In this document: piece by piece, positions 1 through 12,109 of the stretch
Layout: each line of letters opens with the position of its first letter
Numbering within the stretch: position 1 is the first letter of the stretch
NCBI RefSeq assembly: GCF_004010195.1
Contig: NC_057723.1
Location: forward strand, 45,254,324-45,318,323
DNA from: Chiloscyllium plagiosum
Taxonomy: Eukaryota
DNA length: 64,000 nucleotides
Direction: 5' to 3'
The notes under the pieces: model-generated
Database searches by the model: none
Told to the model about the DNA's origin: nothing
Seen by the model: only the letters and a program-made list of their open reading frames with translations
Translations under genes and position numbers: made by a program

Positions 1-254
1 CCAACCATCTCTTGTCATTAATTAATGATTTGTGATGATGAAACAATTAACTGGTGGAAAAAACATCCTTTTCCTTAATGATGGAGGAGTCCAACAGATT
101 AGTGAAAAAGACCATTATTGAGGATTTGCAGCTATCTTCAGTCAAGAATACTAATTGGACAATCCATTTCAGCCTCATGCTGAGTTTCCCAGTTCAACTC
201 ATTAAACCTTACACCAAGAAATGGCTGAAGTCACCAGGTACATGAACAGCTATG

Positions 255-895
255 GTCCCTAGTAACATCTTGTTGCCAATCCCTCAATGCCTTGAGAAGC
301 TGATAGTGAACTACCTTCTTCAACTGCTGTAGTGTGTGTTGTATAGGGATGCCCATTGTACTTTTTGAAACAAAGTTCCAGGATCTCTGACCCAGTGATT
401 TTGAGGGACTGGCAATATATTGCAATTCCAAACAAGATGACATGTGACTTGGAGGGGAACTTGCAGGTTATGTTCCTATGTATCTGCCACCCTTTGTCTG
501 GATAGAGATGGCTGCAGGTTTGAAAGGAACTGTTTAAGGAGCCTTGGTGAATTTCTGTTGTTCATCTTGCAGACAGTACACACTGCTGCTTCTGAGTATC
601 TGTGATGCAGTGACTAAAAATTTATGGGTGTAATGCCAAACAAGTACTTTGCTTGGATTATGTCAAGCCTCTTTAGTGTTGTTGGAGCTATACTCATCCA
701 GACAGGTTTAGAGTATTCCATCCCACTCCTGACTTGTGCCTTTTAGATGGCGGACAGGCTTTAGGGAGTCAGGACGTGAGTTTCTCACTGCAGTATTCCT
801 AGTCTCTGACCTGCTCTTGTAGTCATTGTATTTATGTGGCAAGCCAAGCTCAATGGCTGGTCATTGGCAACACCCACGATGTTGAAAGTGGGATG
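255..895 (-). mobile_element. 3' part of the same LINE family, opposite orientation
   Basis: Colinear with 54100-54710 (e.g. CTCCTGACTTGTGCCTT, TCTCTGACCTGCTCTTGTAG, GCCTTGGTGAATT shared blocks). Confidence 0.8.
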
Positions 896-1240
896 CAATG
901 ATGATAATACCACTGAATGTAAAGGGTGATGAAATTAAAAAGGAAAATCAGCACATGTTGGAGTCATATCTAGCAGGAAAGAAGATGCTTGTGCTCATTG
1001 CAAGCCAATCAGCTCAGTTCCAAGACATTTCCCCAGGAATTCCTCATGGTATTTTCCTAGGTCCAATCATCTTCAATTGAATGGTCTTCACTCATTCATC
1101 AATGACCACATAAGATGCGAAGTTTAGATTTTTGCTGATGTTTGCAATGTTCAGTTCCATTCAGAACTCCTCAGATTCTAACGTAGTTCTTGTCAGAATG
1201 CATAAAACCTTAATAACACACAGGCTTGAGGTGAGAAGTG

Positions 1241-1432
1241 CTTAAAGATGTGTTGCTGGAAAAGCGCAGCAGGTCAGGCAGCATCAAAGGAGCAGGAGAA
1301 TCGACGTTTCAGGCATAAGCCCTTCTTCAGGAATGAGGAGAGTGTGCCAAGCAGGCTAAGATAAAAGGTAGGGAGGAGGGGCTTGGGGGAGGGGCGTTGG
1401 GAATACGATAGGTGGAAGGAGGTTAAGGTGAG
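1241..1432 (-). mobile_element. Penelope-like element 3' fragment inserted in LINE
   Basis: GCTGGAAAAGCGCAGCAGGTCAGGCAGCATC...GCCCTTCTTCAGGAAT matches the terminus of the Penelope copy at 40491-41852. Flanked by GGTGAGAAGTG (1230-1240) / GGTGATAAGTG (1433-1443). Confidence 0.75.
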
Positions 1433-2039
1433 GGTGATAAGTGACATGTAACATGTATACCACACAAGTGCCAGTTAATGACTTTCTACAACAAGAAAGA
1501 ATTCAACTATCTTCTTTTGATATTCTATGCCATTGCCATTACTGAATCATCTTCTTTCAAAACCCAAAGGATTATCCTTGCCCAGTACTATAGATACTGA
1601 GACTACAGATGAGGTTAGAGGTTAGGAATTCTACAAAACTTAACACCTGACTCTTGAAAACCTGAGTACCATTTACAAGATGCAAATTAGGAATGTGACG
1701 TCATAATCTACACTTGTCTGGTCAAGTGCTTAATGCATAAAAGGTCAATGTGCCCAGGACAGAGTAGCCTGCTTGACTGGTATCCAATCCACAACTCTAA
1801 ATATACATACCCTTCACTATTGACACATAGTAAGCAATTAGTGACGGGCAATAAATGCTGGCCTAGCCAGTGTCACTCACATACAAAGAAGTAAATGTTT
1901 TTTAAAAACTCACCATTGAATGCAATAAATAGGAATATATATATCTATTACTAATCACCAGTGAAGAAAGTTTTGAGTTGTTTTTGATTCTGACTTTGTG
2001 GAGTTCTAGTTCCAACTAATATTATATTACACAGTCAGC

Positions 2040-3330
2040 TTCTTGCTTCAGTGTAGGCTGGGGTGGCCAGCTACATCCTGTTCTGCTTTTGAAACCTGAT
2101 GCCTTAGGTCCTTTCTATATTAAATGTCCAGACTATTATTACTCGGCATACAATTCCAAATTATATTGCAAAGCATTATCATGTCAGTCCAAACAACAGA
2201 AATGCTGCACCATAATCCAAAGATAAGTTCTGCAGTAAATCTCTATAATCATTAGCATCATGCCTGCTCTGTATGAAGGCAGGCCCTTGGCTGATTGGAG
2301 CCTTCCAAGTCTCTCTATCCTGTAGCAAATTTTCAAGCTTCGAACATCGATTTTCTCTTCCTGTTTTTTTTCTGAAATCTTGCCTCCATAATGTCACTTC
2401 CAAGTCCATTTCCTCAGCATGCCCAGTCCCTTTGCATCTTCCTAATTATATTCAGCATATTTCTTTGCTATTTTACTCTCCATCACACTTGTTACTTTTA
2501 TCATTTGTTACTTTTTCTTTCCAGTTGATCATTTTCGTTTTCTTCTAAACCCACATTCAAAGCTATTTAACAAGCTGGCCTCAATTTCTGTTAGGTCCAA
2601 GTCTCACATCCACACAACATGCCAATTCAAGCTCTTTACAAATTGCTTCTTGAGTTGTTTAGCTTTCCAGTTGGCAGCTGTATGTTATCAACAAACATGG
2701 CCTATCCCATTGCTATCATATTGTTATTTAGTTGTTGTGTCTCCCAAGTGCAGTCATTATATTTCCAAAACATTTGAATTCTTGGACTTGTTCTCATTCT
2801 CTTTCTTCTATGAATATATGAATATTTATTGGTGTTTCTTGAGAAGTGCATCACTTTGTTTTGTCAATCTTCACTTTTATTGTAAAGTTCCTGCTTGCTA
2901 TTACTGCTTTATCAATTGGTTCTTGGAATCCTTTTTTCTGTTTGCTTCAAGTGTTTTGTTACCTGCAAAACAAAATGTTGATATAATTCACACCGTCATT
3001 CTTAACATCAGTTTATTTGTCATCAAAAGCTTCTTTAATTATTGCTTCTGTATAGATATCCAGGTAAACTGGTGATAAACAACACACTTGCTGAACTCCT
3101 CCTCCAATTGTATGTAGTTCCAACTCCCAGTCAATTACATCGACTGTCGCTGTTTGAGTTATCTATCTCTCCAATCTACTTCAGTGTCTGTCAGCACTGT
3201 CAAGAGCTTAATATATTTCAACCCAAACAATCAGTTTTTCAAAATCTACAAAATAATGCATAACTGCTATTCAAGCTCTAAATTATGTTCACTCCTTACA
3301 ATGTTTTTTTTCGTCCATTTCCTCTTAGGA
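2040..3330 (-). mobile_element. Highly decayed RTE-clade LINE (RT C-terminal part and 3' end)
   Basis: Minus-strand translation gives GVQQVCCLSPVYLDIY (cf. GVRQGCxLSPxLF), GCETWT, and QDRETWK near the end, typical of RTE ORFs. Many stops and frameshifts. Confidence 0.6.
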
Positions 3331-3499
3331 ATCCAAAAAGGCCATCTCCAATTTTCTTCTCCATCTTCCCCCCACTCACTTTATATTAGTGAAAGGTAAA
3401 TCTTATGTATGTAAAAGCAAGGGAAATTAGTGGCTCTCAGCATGAAGGTTGAAAATAACAGCTATAGAGAGTAAGCTTGTCATGGTTGTCAGCTGTCCT

Positions 3500-4508
3500 C
3501 AGTAAAGTCAAGGGAAACAGGCTGCACTCAAAGAGGGGTTCCAGCACAGTAAGTCAATAGAAGCCTTCAATACCACTCCAAGGGCTTGGAACCAGGTCAT
3601 TCACCCACTTAGAGTAGTCAGAGTTAGGATGCTTTCCAAATCTGAGGTCAGGAGTTGAATATTAAAGAACCCATCACTAAGTTAACTCTTTCTACCCTAT
3701 TCTGAGCTGCTTTCTTCCTACAATGAGACAGAGAGAGAAAGGTATTAAGAGAGATCAAAGTAGGTGGCATAACTGATACTGGTAGGGCAGGTGTCATGTG
3801 CAAGTGAGTAGCCAATGCAGAGGGCATGCAGGGTTAGAGCTGTCAATAGTTGAGTTAAATGACAGCAAGTGAGGGAAGATATTGCAGGCAAAAGTGAGAG
3901 TGGTAAAGTATGAACATTGGTGGGAAGTCGGTATTGTAACAGAGATAGAGTGAGTGTGAGGTATCAAAGGGAAGATGGTGACACATAGAATGGCAGAATG
4001 GAGAACATTGTTGCTCTTCTTCTTACATTGTTATGCATTTCTCCAAATGACTAGGCTGCTTTAACGTGGGTGGTAACATTGGACCAGGCGGCCATAGACT
4101 GATGTTATGGCCTCCTCTGCTAATCTTGTGGCAAGTGGGTGTCTTATCCATGTACCACCCATTCAGCTGGACCTCTAGGTTCCTGCCTGCCAAAGTGCAG
4201 CACCAAACTTCCCTTGTCTGTTAAGTCCATGGCAAATATCAAGAACCATGAAGTGCAGTTCTGGACTGACAGAGCTTGCCTGGATGCAGAGTGTACCAGA
4301 GATGTTGGTCAATTCATGGATATCTTGGAAATACCAGGTTGTTCCAGGAATGGTGTGTAGTATGATGGGGCTTGAATCACATGAGAGCTATGCTATGAGG
4401 TGAATATGTTAAGATCATGCAAGCAAACCAATCAGACCTCATAGCCAAAAAGCCCTCCAAAAAGCTTGACACAATTGACCCTTACCCAAAAAAGTTAAAA
4501 TTCCGCCC
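3500..4508 (-). mobile_element. Decayed Harbinger element end with Myb/SANT-like gene remnant
   Basis: Minus strand 4000-4230 reads (with frameshifts) HF...LEV.L...QCKKKSNNVLHSA, like the Myb_DNA-bind_5 domain. Terminus AAAATTCCGCCC (to 4508) followed by TTA fits a GGGC-type TIR with TWA target. Confidence 0.55.
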
Positions 4509-5046
4509 TTAAAAGAGAAGTTAACATTAATCTTTATTAAAGTGTGTAAAGATGTTCACTTTTCAGAAGAATGGCCAGAGGACTGTGCAGACAATAATGA
4601 ATACACTAAAAAAGAAGCCAAAGGGATGTTGACCTTTATATTTTCTTCTGTAATGCGCATCACAAAAAGCCCTTTTTGTAAATGATATTCTCTGTCTACA
4701 GGATGGTTGCTATCATATATTAGTGGGTAACCAATATCTAACTGTTCCTTTGCATTAATTTTCAGACTGGAAAAGGTGTGGAAACACCAATTCCATCAAG
4801 ATGCACAGTAGTGAGATGAGCACTTGCACAATGTTTTTATTTATCAACGTGTCAAAATATTAAGTAACTACTTGCACTCTATTCACAAAAGGTAAAATGT
4901 AAGACTGTATGTAAGTACTAGCATTATTTCCTTTAACTAAGCATATATCAAACATTTGAAAAATGACGTTCATTACTGAATGCTATTATGAAGAAGAATG
5001 GTGTTAGCTCCCTGATTTCCCTTTTGTTCATTGCCATTTCCTCTGT

Positions 5047-5249
5047 CATGGAGTGACAGTTCAGTTAGCGCATGGCTAGTTTGTGGTGCAGGGTGATACC
5101 AACCTGCACTAACTGAGGTTACCATGAAGGTTCCACCTTCTCAACCTTGCTGCTCATCTGTGGAATGGTCATGTTCAGATTACACCACTACTAGTCATCT
5201 CTCTAATGAGACAGCAATCCTCTAGGACTATGGTAACTTTACCTTACCT
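5047..5249 (+). mobile_element. tRNA-derived SINE-like repeat
   Basis: Shares blocks with 45475-45640 (GGCTAGTTTG/GGCTGGTTTG, ACCAC..AGT.ATCTCTCTAATGA, AGGACTAT). Confidence 0.5.
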
Positions 5250-6605
5250 CCACATAAGAACATAAGAACTAGGAGTAGGTGTATGCACTCAGCCCTTCAT
5301 GAGTGCTCCACCACTTAATATGATCAAGACAATTTGATCTTAACTTCAACTCAATTTTCCTGCGCCAATCTCTGAAACACTTTAACATATGGCTAATTAA
5401 AATCTGTCTAAGTTCTCCTTAAATTTACTCAATATTCAAGCATTTAATACACTCCGAGGTAGTGAATTCCACAGATTCATGACTTTAAAGAAATAATTTC
5501 TGCTCGTCTCTGCTTTATAAATTTGCAACTGCTTACCCTAAACTTATGACGATCTACTACATGAGGAAACAAGTTTTCGACATCGACTTTGTCAATACGC
5601 TTTAGCATCTTATATACCTCAGTTCCATCTCCTTACATCCTTCTAAACTCCAGAGAGCATAGACGTAAACTGCTCAATCTCTCTTCATAAGACAAATCCC
5701 TCATTTCTGAAATCAATTTACTGAACCTCCTTGGAACTGCCTGTAGTGCAACTACATTCCTCTTCAAGTAAGGGGACCACAACTGTACACAATACTCAAG
5801 GTGTGGTCTTACTAATGCTGTGTATTGTGGCATCAACACTTCCCTATCTTTACATTGCATTCCTTTGGCAATAAATAACAAAATTTCACCTGCTGTACCT
5901 GCATACTAGTTGTCTGTGATTTGTACATGAGGACACCCAGATACCTCTGCACCAAAGCTCTCTGAAGATTCTCTTCATTTAGGTAATGAATTACTTCTCT
6001 ATCCTCTGACTAAAATGGATAACCTCTTACTTATCCAGATTAAATTTAATCTGCAATATCTTGACCCATTCATATAACCTAATCATATCTATTTGTAAAT
6101 TTCTTATCTCTTCACTGCAATTTGGTTTACCACCCATTTTAGTGTCATCTGCAAATTTAGCTATAGTACTTTCTATCACTATGTAATTTATGAATATAGA
6201 TTATAAATAATTGGACCAGAGAACCAAACCCTATGGCACTCCACTAGTTGCATCTTTCCAACCAGAAGAGAAGACCCATTTATCCTCACGCTCTGTTTTC
6301 TGTTGGTTAGCCAATCATCTATCCAACCTAATGGATAACCTCAAACCCTGTGTGATCTTTCCTTATCTATTAACCTTCTGCATGACACTTTATCAAATGT
6401 ATTCTGGAAGTCCAGATATACTATATGTACAAGATCCCCATTATCCAGCTCGCTTATTACATTGTCAAAGAACTCTAACAGATTAGTGAAACATGATTTG
6501 TCTCACATAAAGTTATTAACTCTGATGGATGGTGCTTTGAATTTCCAAATGTCCCATTATTACTTTCTTAATAATGAATTCTAACAATTTCCCAACAACA
6601 TGTTA

Positions 6606-8536
6606 GGGGGCAGGGGGCAGGGAAATTATGATGCGGTGAGGCACGACTTAGGATGCGTGGCTTGGAAAAGTAGGCTTCAAGGCATGGGCACAATTGATAT
6701 GTGGAGCTTGTTCAAGGAGCAACTATTGAGTGTCCTTGATAAGTATGTTCCTGTCAGGCAGGGAGGAAAGGGTCGTGTGAGGGAGCCGTGGTTTAATAAG
6801 GAATTGGAATCCCTTTTAAATCAAAGAGGGCGGCCTATATAAAGATGAGGCGTGAAGGTTCAATTGGGGAGATTGAGAGTNNNNNNNNNNNNNNNNNNNN
6901 NNNNNNNNNNNNNNNNNNNNNNNNNNNNNNNNNNNNNNNNNNNNNNNNNNNNNNNNNNNNNNNNNNNNNNNNNNNNNNNNNNNNNNNNNNNNNNNNNNNN
7001 NNNNNNNNNNNNNNNNNNNNNNNNNNNNNNNNNNNNNNNNNNNNNNNNNNNNNNNNNNNNNNNNNNNNNNNNNNNNNNNNNNNNNNNNNNNNNNNNNNNN
7101 NNNNNNNNNNNNNNNNNNNNNNNNNNNNNNNNNNNNNNNNNNNNNNNNNNNNNNNNNNNNNNNNNNNNNNNNNNNNNNNNNNNNNNNNNNNNNNNNNNNN
7201 NNNNNNNNNNNNNNNNNNNNNNNNNNNNNNNNNNNNNNNNNNNNNNNNNNNNNNNNNNNNNNNNNNNNNNNNNNNNNNNNNNNNNNNNNNNNNNNNNNNN
7301 NNNNNNNNNNNNNNNNNNNNNNNNNNNNNNNNNNNNNNNNNNNNNNNNNNNNNNNNNNNNNNNNNNNNNNNNNNNNNNNNNNNNNNNNNNNNNNNNNNNT
7401 TTGATAAGGTTTCCCATGGTAGGCTACTGCAAAAAATATGGAGATATGGCATTGAGGGTGAGTTGGAGGTTTGGATTAGGAATTGGCTGGCTGGGAGAAA
7501 ACAGAGGGTAGTAGTTGATGGTAAAGGTTCATCTTGGAGTGCAGTTACTAGCGGTGTTCCGCAAGGATCTGTTTTGTGACCATTGCTGTTTGCCATTTTT
7601 ATAAATGACCTGGAGGAGGGGCTAGAAGGTTGGGTGAGCAAGTTTGCGGATGATACGAAAGTCGGTGGAGTTGTTGACAGTGAGGAAAGATGTGTCAGGT
7701 TACAGCGGGATATAGATAAGTTGCAGAGCTGGGCAGAAAGGTGGCAAATGGAGTTCAATGTAGGTAAGTGTGAGGTGATTCACTTTGGTAAGAGTAACAA
7801 AAAGATGGGGTACTGGGCTAATTGGTCGGATACTTGGTAGTGTGGATGAGCAGAGGGATCTTGGTGTCCATGTACACAGATCTTTGAAAGTTGCCACCCA
7901 GGTAAATAGTGCAGTAATGAAGGCATATGACATACTGGCTTTTATTGGTAGAGGAATTGAGTTCCGGAGTCCTGAGGTCATGTTGCAGTTGTATAAGACT
8001 CTGGTGCGGCTGCATCTGGAGTATTGTGTGCAGTTTTGGTCGCCATACTCTCGGAAGGATGTGGAGGCTCTGAAACAGATGCAGAGGAGGTTTACCAGGA
8101 TGTTGCCTGGTATGGTAGGAAGATCGTATGAGGAAAGGCTGAGGCAGTTGGGGCTGTTTACATTGGAGAAAAGAAGGTTTAGGGGTGACTTGATAGAGGT
8201 GTACAAGATGATTAGGGGTTTAGATAGGGTTGACCATGAGAACCTTTTTCCACTTATGGAGTCAGCTATTACGAGGGGGCATAGCTTTAAATTAAGGGAT
8301 AATAGGTATAGGACAGATGTAAGGGGTAGATTCTTTACTCAGCGAATCGTGAGTTCATGGAATGCCCTGCCAGTAGCAGTGTGGACTCTCCCTCTTTATG
8401 GGCATTTAAACGGGCATTGGATAGGCATATGGAGGATAGTGGGCTAGTGTAGGTTAGGTGGGCTTGGATCGGCGCAACATCGAGGGCTGAGGGCTTGTAC
8501 TGCGCTGTATTTTTCTATGTTCTATGTTCTATGTTA
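6606..8536 (+). mobile_element. Young CR1 LINE, 5'-truncated, ORF2 RT domain with stop and frameshifts, assembly gap inside
   Basis: FDKVSHGRLL, SGVPQGSVL, SKFADDTK, LVRLHLEYCVQFWSPY, RGHSFKL. (TTCTATG)n tail. ATGTTA duplicated at 6600-6605 and 8531-8536. Confidence 0.96.
6881..7399. other. Assembly gap (519 N)
   Basis: Run of N. Confidence 1.
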
Positions 8537-9310
8537 AACTAATCTGTCTATAATTTCCCATGTTCTGCTTTCCTCCCCTCTTTTATTGAAAAAGGCAATT
8601 ATATAAGCATTTTTCCTATCCATAGTTACCTTTCACAAACCAGAGAATTTTGGAATATTATAAGCAATTTGTCTATTATCTCTAGTGTCAATTCCTTTAA
8701 GATCCTAAGATGCAAGCTATGAGGCTTTGGGGACTTGTATCTTCAATCCCATAGTTTTCTCTGTATGTTTTCAATGGTGATGACAATTATTCTCAGCTCA
8801 TCCCTTTCTATAATCTTTGCATCATCTGTTATTATTTGAAATCTGAAGCAAAATATTGACTTAATAACATTTCTGTGTTCCTCAGAACTAACTTACCAGT
8901 TTCATCCTTCAGAGGACCAAAATTAACTTTAGCTTCTTGTTTCCCTTTTATATATGTATAGACATTTTGCTATGCATTTCTATATTTTCTGCTAGTTTTC
9001 TTTCATAATTTACCTTAGCAGCACATGACTTTATTTGTGTACCTATGCAGTTTAAGGTCTCTTTTTGCTAATGTCAGAAAACTGTAAAAAAATTCCTTTG
9101 ACCAGTCTACCCAGTTCCTTAACTGTTCCGATTACAGTACTGAGATTAAAAAACATAATTAGACAAATAATCAATAGATAGCAATCTTGTAGTTTCATGC
9201 TGTTTCAACATATAACTAGCAACTAAGCTAGAAAACCAAGTTTGTGAACATATTTAAGCATGGGGTGATTTCAAGAGTATGTGCTAAAAATAAATGTAAT
9301 GAAAACTCAC

Positions 9311-9343
9311 AAATTTACTTCTGCATTACCACACAGTCCATGA
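9311..9343 (-). CDS. Candidate 33-nt exon of unidentified host gene (HGLCGNAEVN in phase 2)
   Basis: Minus strand: cagttcttttttag|TCATGGACTGTGTGGTAATGCAGAAGTAAATTT|gtgagt. In non-repeat DNA; one open frame. No homology recognised. Confidence 0.3.
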
Positions 9344-10289
9344 CTAAAAAAGAACTGTGATTTACATCAGGAATTTGCCATGGTACTTAGTTTTGCAGGC
9401 GAAATTCATTACAAGTAACAGAATTAATTATATACTGTTCTTCTATTCATGTCATGGAACACTTAATACATTCTGCTTTTTTAACCAAATTATTTTTATG
9501 AATCCAATGCAAGAAAAAGATAAGGGAATTGCTTTGATACATATACTACTATCACAATGGTTAAAAATAGACCTGAAACTTGTTTCCAAATCATTATAAA
9601 GGTTATTTCAACATCGACTACTCACTAATAGATTATTTCAATAGTAAAAAGAACTAAGGCAATTAAATGCCGCACATTTATCTTAGAAATACTATTATGA
9701 ATAACCAAGTTGTTTGGCTGAGCCTTATTCAGTAAAGGGTCAAAAACGGGGCTCACTGTACAAACAGTTGTTAAAACTGTGTGTCCTTGCTTCAGATAGA
9801 TAAATTTAGCATATTCTCAAATTGCTGAAAGCACAAAGCTGGTCTTTCAAATATGGAACAATATCTGGACTTCTCCTCAGGTTTTGGGATTTCCAAATGA
9901 ACACTTTGAAATAGACTGAGCAACTATAATGTCTGTATTGAAGAGTTAATAGAAGAATGTCAATCCAGTGACCTCCTTGTTTTTCCTTCCCCTCTTCCCT
10001 GCTTTCTGTCCTCCTGATAACTGAGCTCTACCCTTCTTGAGGAAGGTCTGTTTTATCCATTATGACTGATTGCACATGTTGACAGTGATGTCACCCTAGT
10101 TCGGATGAAGCTTTACGTGCACTCAATTGATGGTACACATGTCCTTGGATCCCCTTTCTAAGCTTTTTGTCTCTTTGATGCCAAATGAGTGACGATCCCC
10201 TGCATTGCTTGCGTGCACACTACCCATTCTCTATGTCACCTTTGCAGTGCTGAGGTCAATTATCTTCCAAAATCCCACATTAGTGAAAA

Positions 10290-10421
10290 TGGAATACTGC
10301 AAATGCTGAAATTCTGAAATAAAAATAGAAAGTGTTGAAAAGGCTCAGTTAGTCTGGCAGCATCAATGGAGAGGGACATCGAGTTGACATTTCAAATTCA
10401 GTATGGCTTTTCTTCAGAACT
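10290..10421 (-). mobile_element. Old Penelope-terminus fragment
   Basis: AAATGCTGAAATTCTGAAAT...GTCTGGCAGCATC...CTTCAGAACT, similar to 63078-63170 and 29222-29322. Confidence 0.55.
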
Positions 10422-11139
10422 CCCCAATGTCCCAATCTCCCCTCTGCCATTGAAAGCTTTTTAGCTCTAGAGTCATTCTTTGGGTGTCCATAATTGCCTT
10501 CTGACTTTATATCCATCTCCTTTCTCCAGGTCTCGTCCAGACACTATGTGTAACTTACTTGAAACTCTCAACTTGTTAATGTCCTCTTAGTGGGGCCTCA
10601 AAGAATCTTAATTGGCCTTAATCAGAAATTAGACAGGATCATAATCTTTCCCACCCCAACCTTTCTGCATAAGGCCTGGAACAGAAATGGTGTCACCCTT
10701 TGTCCAAAATTATCAGTTCTCAGGCCTTCATTTCCACGTTCAGTTGGGCCTGAAAATTCAGTTCTAAAAACCTAAAATTTTAATACACTCAGTAGTGTGT
10801 CTGGGGAAGAGGAGGGGTATCCCTTGACTGGGGTCCTTTGGCCTATATGTAGATGCATGCTTCCAGGCTGTTTAACTGCTCTCTCTCTCTTTGACTGAGA
10901 AACTGGAGACCAAATTGAAAATCGTAATCAACCTCCTTTCAGTGTGTTACACTGGAAAATAACCCTAATTGGCAACCTGCTTTCTGGCGGTGAATTGCCT
11001 TGCCAGCTTTGATTTTTTCTTGGCAAAACTAGAGGCATAGAAACAGGTTCAGGAAATCAGCAGACCAGCCAGTGCCAGTACTGCCATACCTTGTTCACCT
11101 CCCTCCCCATCCCCAGTGAGGCCCAAAAATTCAGACAAG

Positions 11140-11830
11140 TAAGTACGGAAATCCAAAGTGTGGGAAGTGTGCATTTGCTCACTCTGAATATAAGCGAGAG
11201 AAATCAATTCTTTTTTAAATAGTGAAAGATTGGGGGCTGTGGAGCAGCAAATGGGTTTAGGTGCCCATGAACACAAATCATTAAAAAATAGTTCACAGGT
11301 ACAAAAAGCAATCAAAAAGGCTAATGGAATGCTGGCCTTTATCTCAAGGGGATTATAATACAAAATGTGGAAGTAATGCTTTAGTGTACAGAACATTGGT
11401 CAGACCTCATTTGGAGAACTGATGCTTTGAGCACCAAATCTCATACAAGATACATTAGCCTTGGAAAGTTTACAATGTATTCAGCAGGATGTGTGCAGTT
11501 CACAAAAGCATAGTTCAGGGATCAGGTTAATATGTATTCCTTTGACTGTAGAATGGTGAGGTAAAACCCAACCTAACCATTTAAAATAATCAAAGGATTT
11601 AACAGGTGGATCCAAGAAAACAGTTCTTTCTAGTGAGGGAATCCAGAATAGATGGACAATTATCTTCAAATTTGAGCTCAGACATAATGGCAGTAATGCC
11701 AATAAATTTTCATATTAACCAGAAATCTCCAATCTTACTCCACTGAAAGACTCAGTTGAAATTTTCCAGACTTACGTCGACAACACTTTTCAGGCAAAGA
11801 GGTTCAGGGGAATATGGGAAAGTTAGTAAA
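11140..11830 (+). mobile_element. Decayed CR1 3' fragment
   Basis: KKANGMLAFISRG and LVRPHL motifs at about 11315-11415. Confidence 0.75.
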
Positions 11831-11849
11831 TGATTTATTTTGGTATTCA

Positions 11850-12100
11850 TTTGTGGGACAAGGCCATCACAATTTGGCCCGTCCCTAGTTGCCCTTGAGA
11901 AAGTGGTGATGAGCTGCTTTCTTGAACTACTCAGTCCAGTGCCGTACATAGAAGCACAATGCAGTTAGAGTCAAAAGGTGTGGCTCTGGAAAAACACAAC
12001 AGGTCAGGAAGCATCTGAGGAGCAGTAGAGCTAATGTTTCCAGCATAAGTCCTTCATCAGGAGTGAGATAGGAAGGGATTTAAGGTTTTAATCAGCCACA
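11850..12100 (-). mobile_element. LINE 3' end fragment interrupted by a short Penelope terminus (about 11968-12062)
   Basis: TTGCCCTTGAGAAAGTGGTGATGAGCTGC matches 54119-54150. GGAAAAACACAACAGGTCAGGAAGCATC matches the Penelope terminus. Confidence 0.6.
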
Positions 12101-12109
12101 ATCTACAAA

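Larger units (their letters stand above)
1..1895 (+). mobile_element. Decayed CR1/L2-clade LINE mosaic (+ strand pieces about 1-250 and 900-1895)
   Basis: RT-like remnants GIPHGIFLGPIIF (ORF 898-1080) and FAD motif near 1131. 3' terminus GGGCAATAAATGCTGGCCTAGCCAG near 1846-1870 is the same end seen reversed at 54060-54130. Confidence 0.75.
5252..9040 (-). mobile_element. Older CR1 LINE (split by insertion at 6606-8536)
   Basis: ORF 5633-5881 LVRPHLEYCVQLWSPYLK...LSYEERL. FADDTK on minus strand near 6140-6156. ACATAAGAACATAAGAA tail at 5252. Sequence resumes after 8536. Confidence 0.9.

Noticed and set aside
6835-7758. Long ORFs of 185-307 aa
   Set aside because: Artefacts of translating through the N gap; flanks are CR1 sense or antisense.
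7700-8206. 168-aa antisense ORF (also 29622-29912, 59635-59919)
   Set aside because: Common shadow ORFs on the antisense strand of CR1 ORF2.
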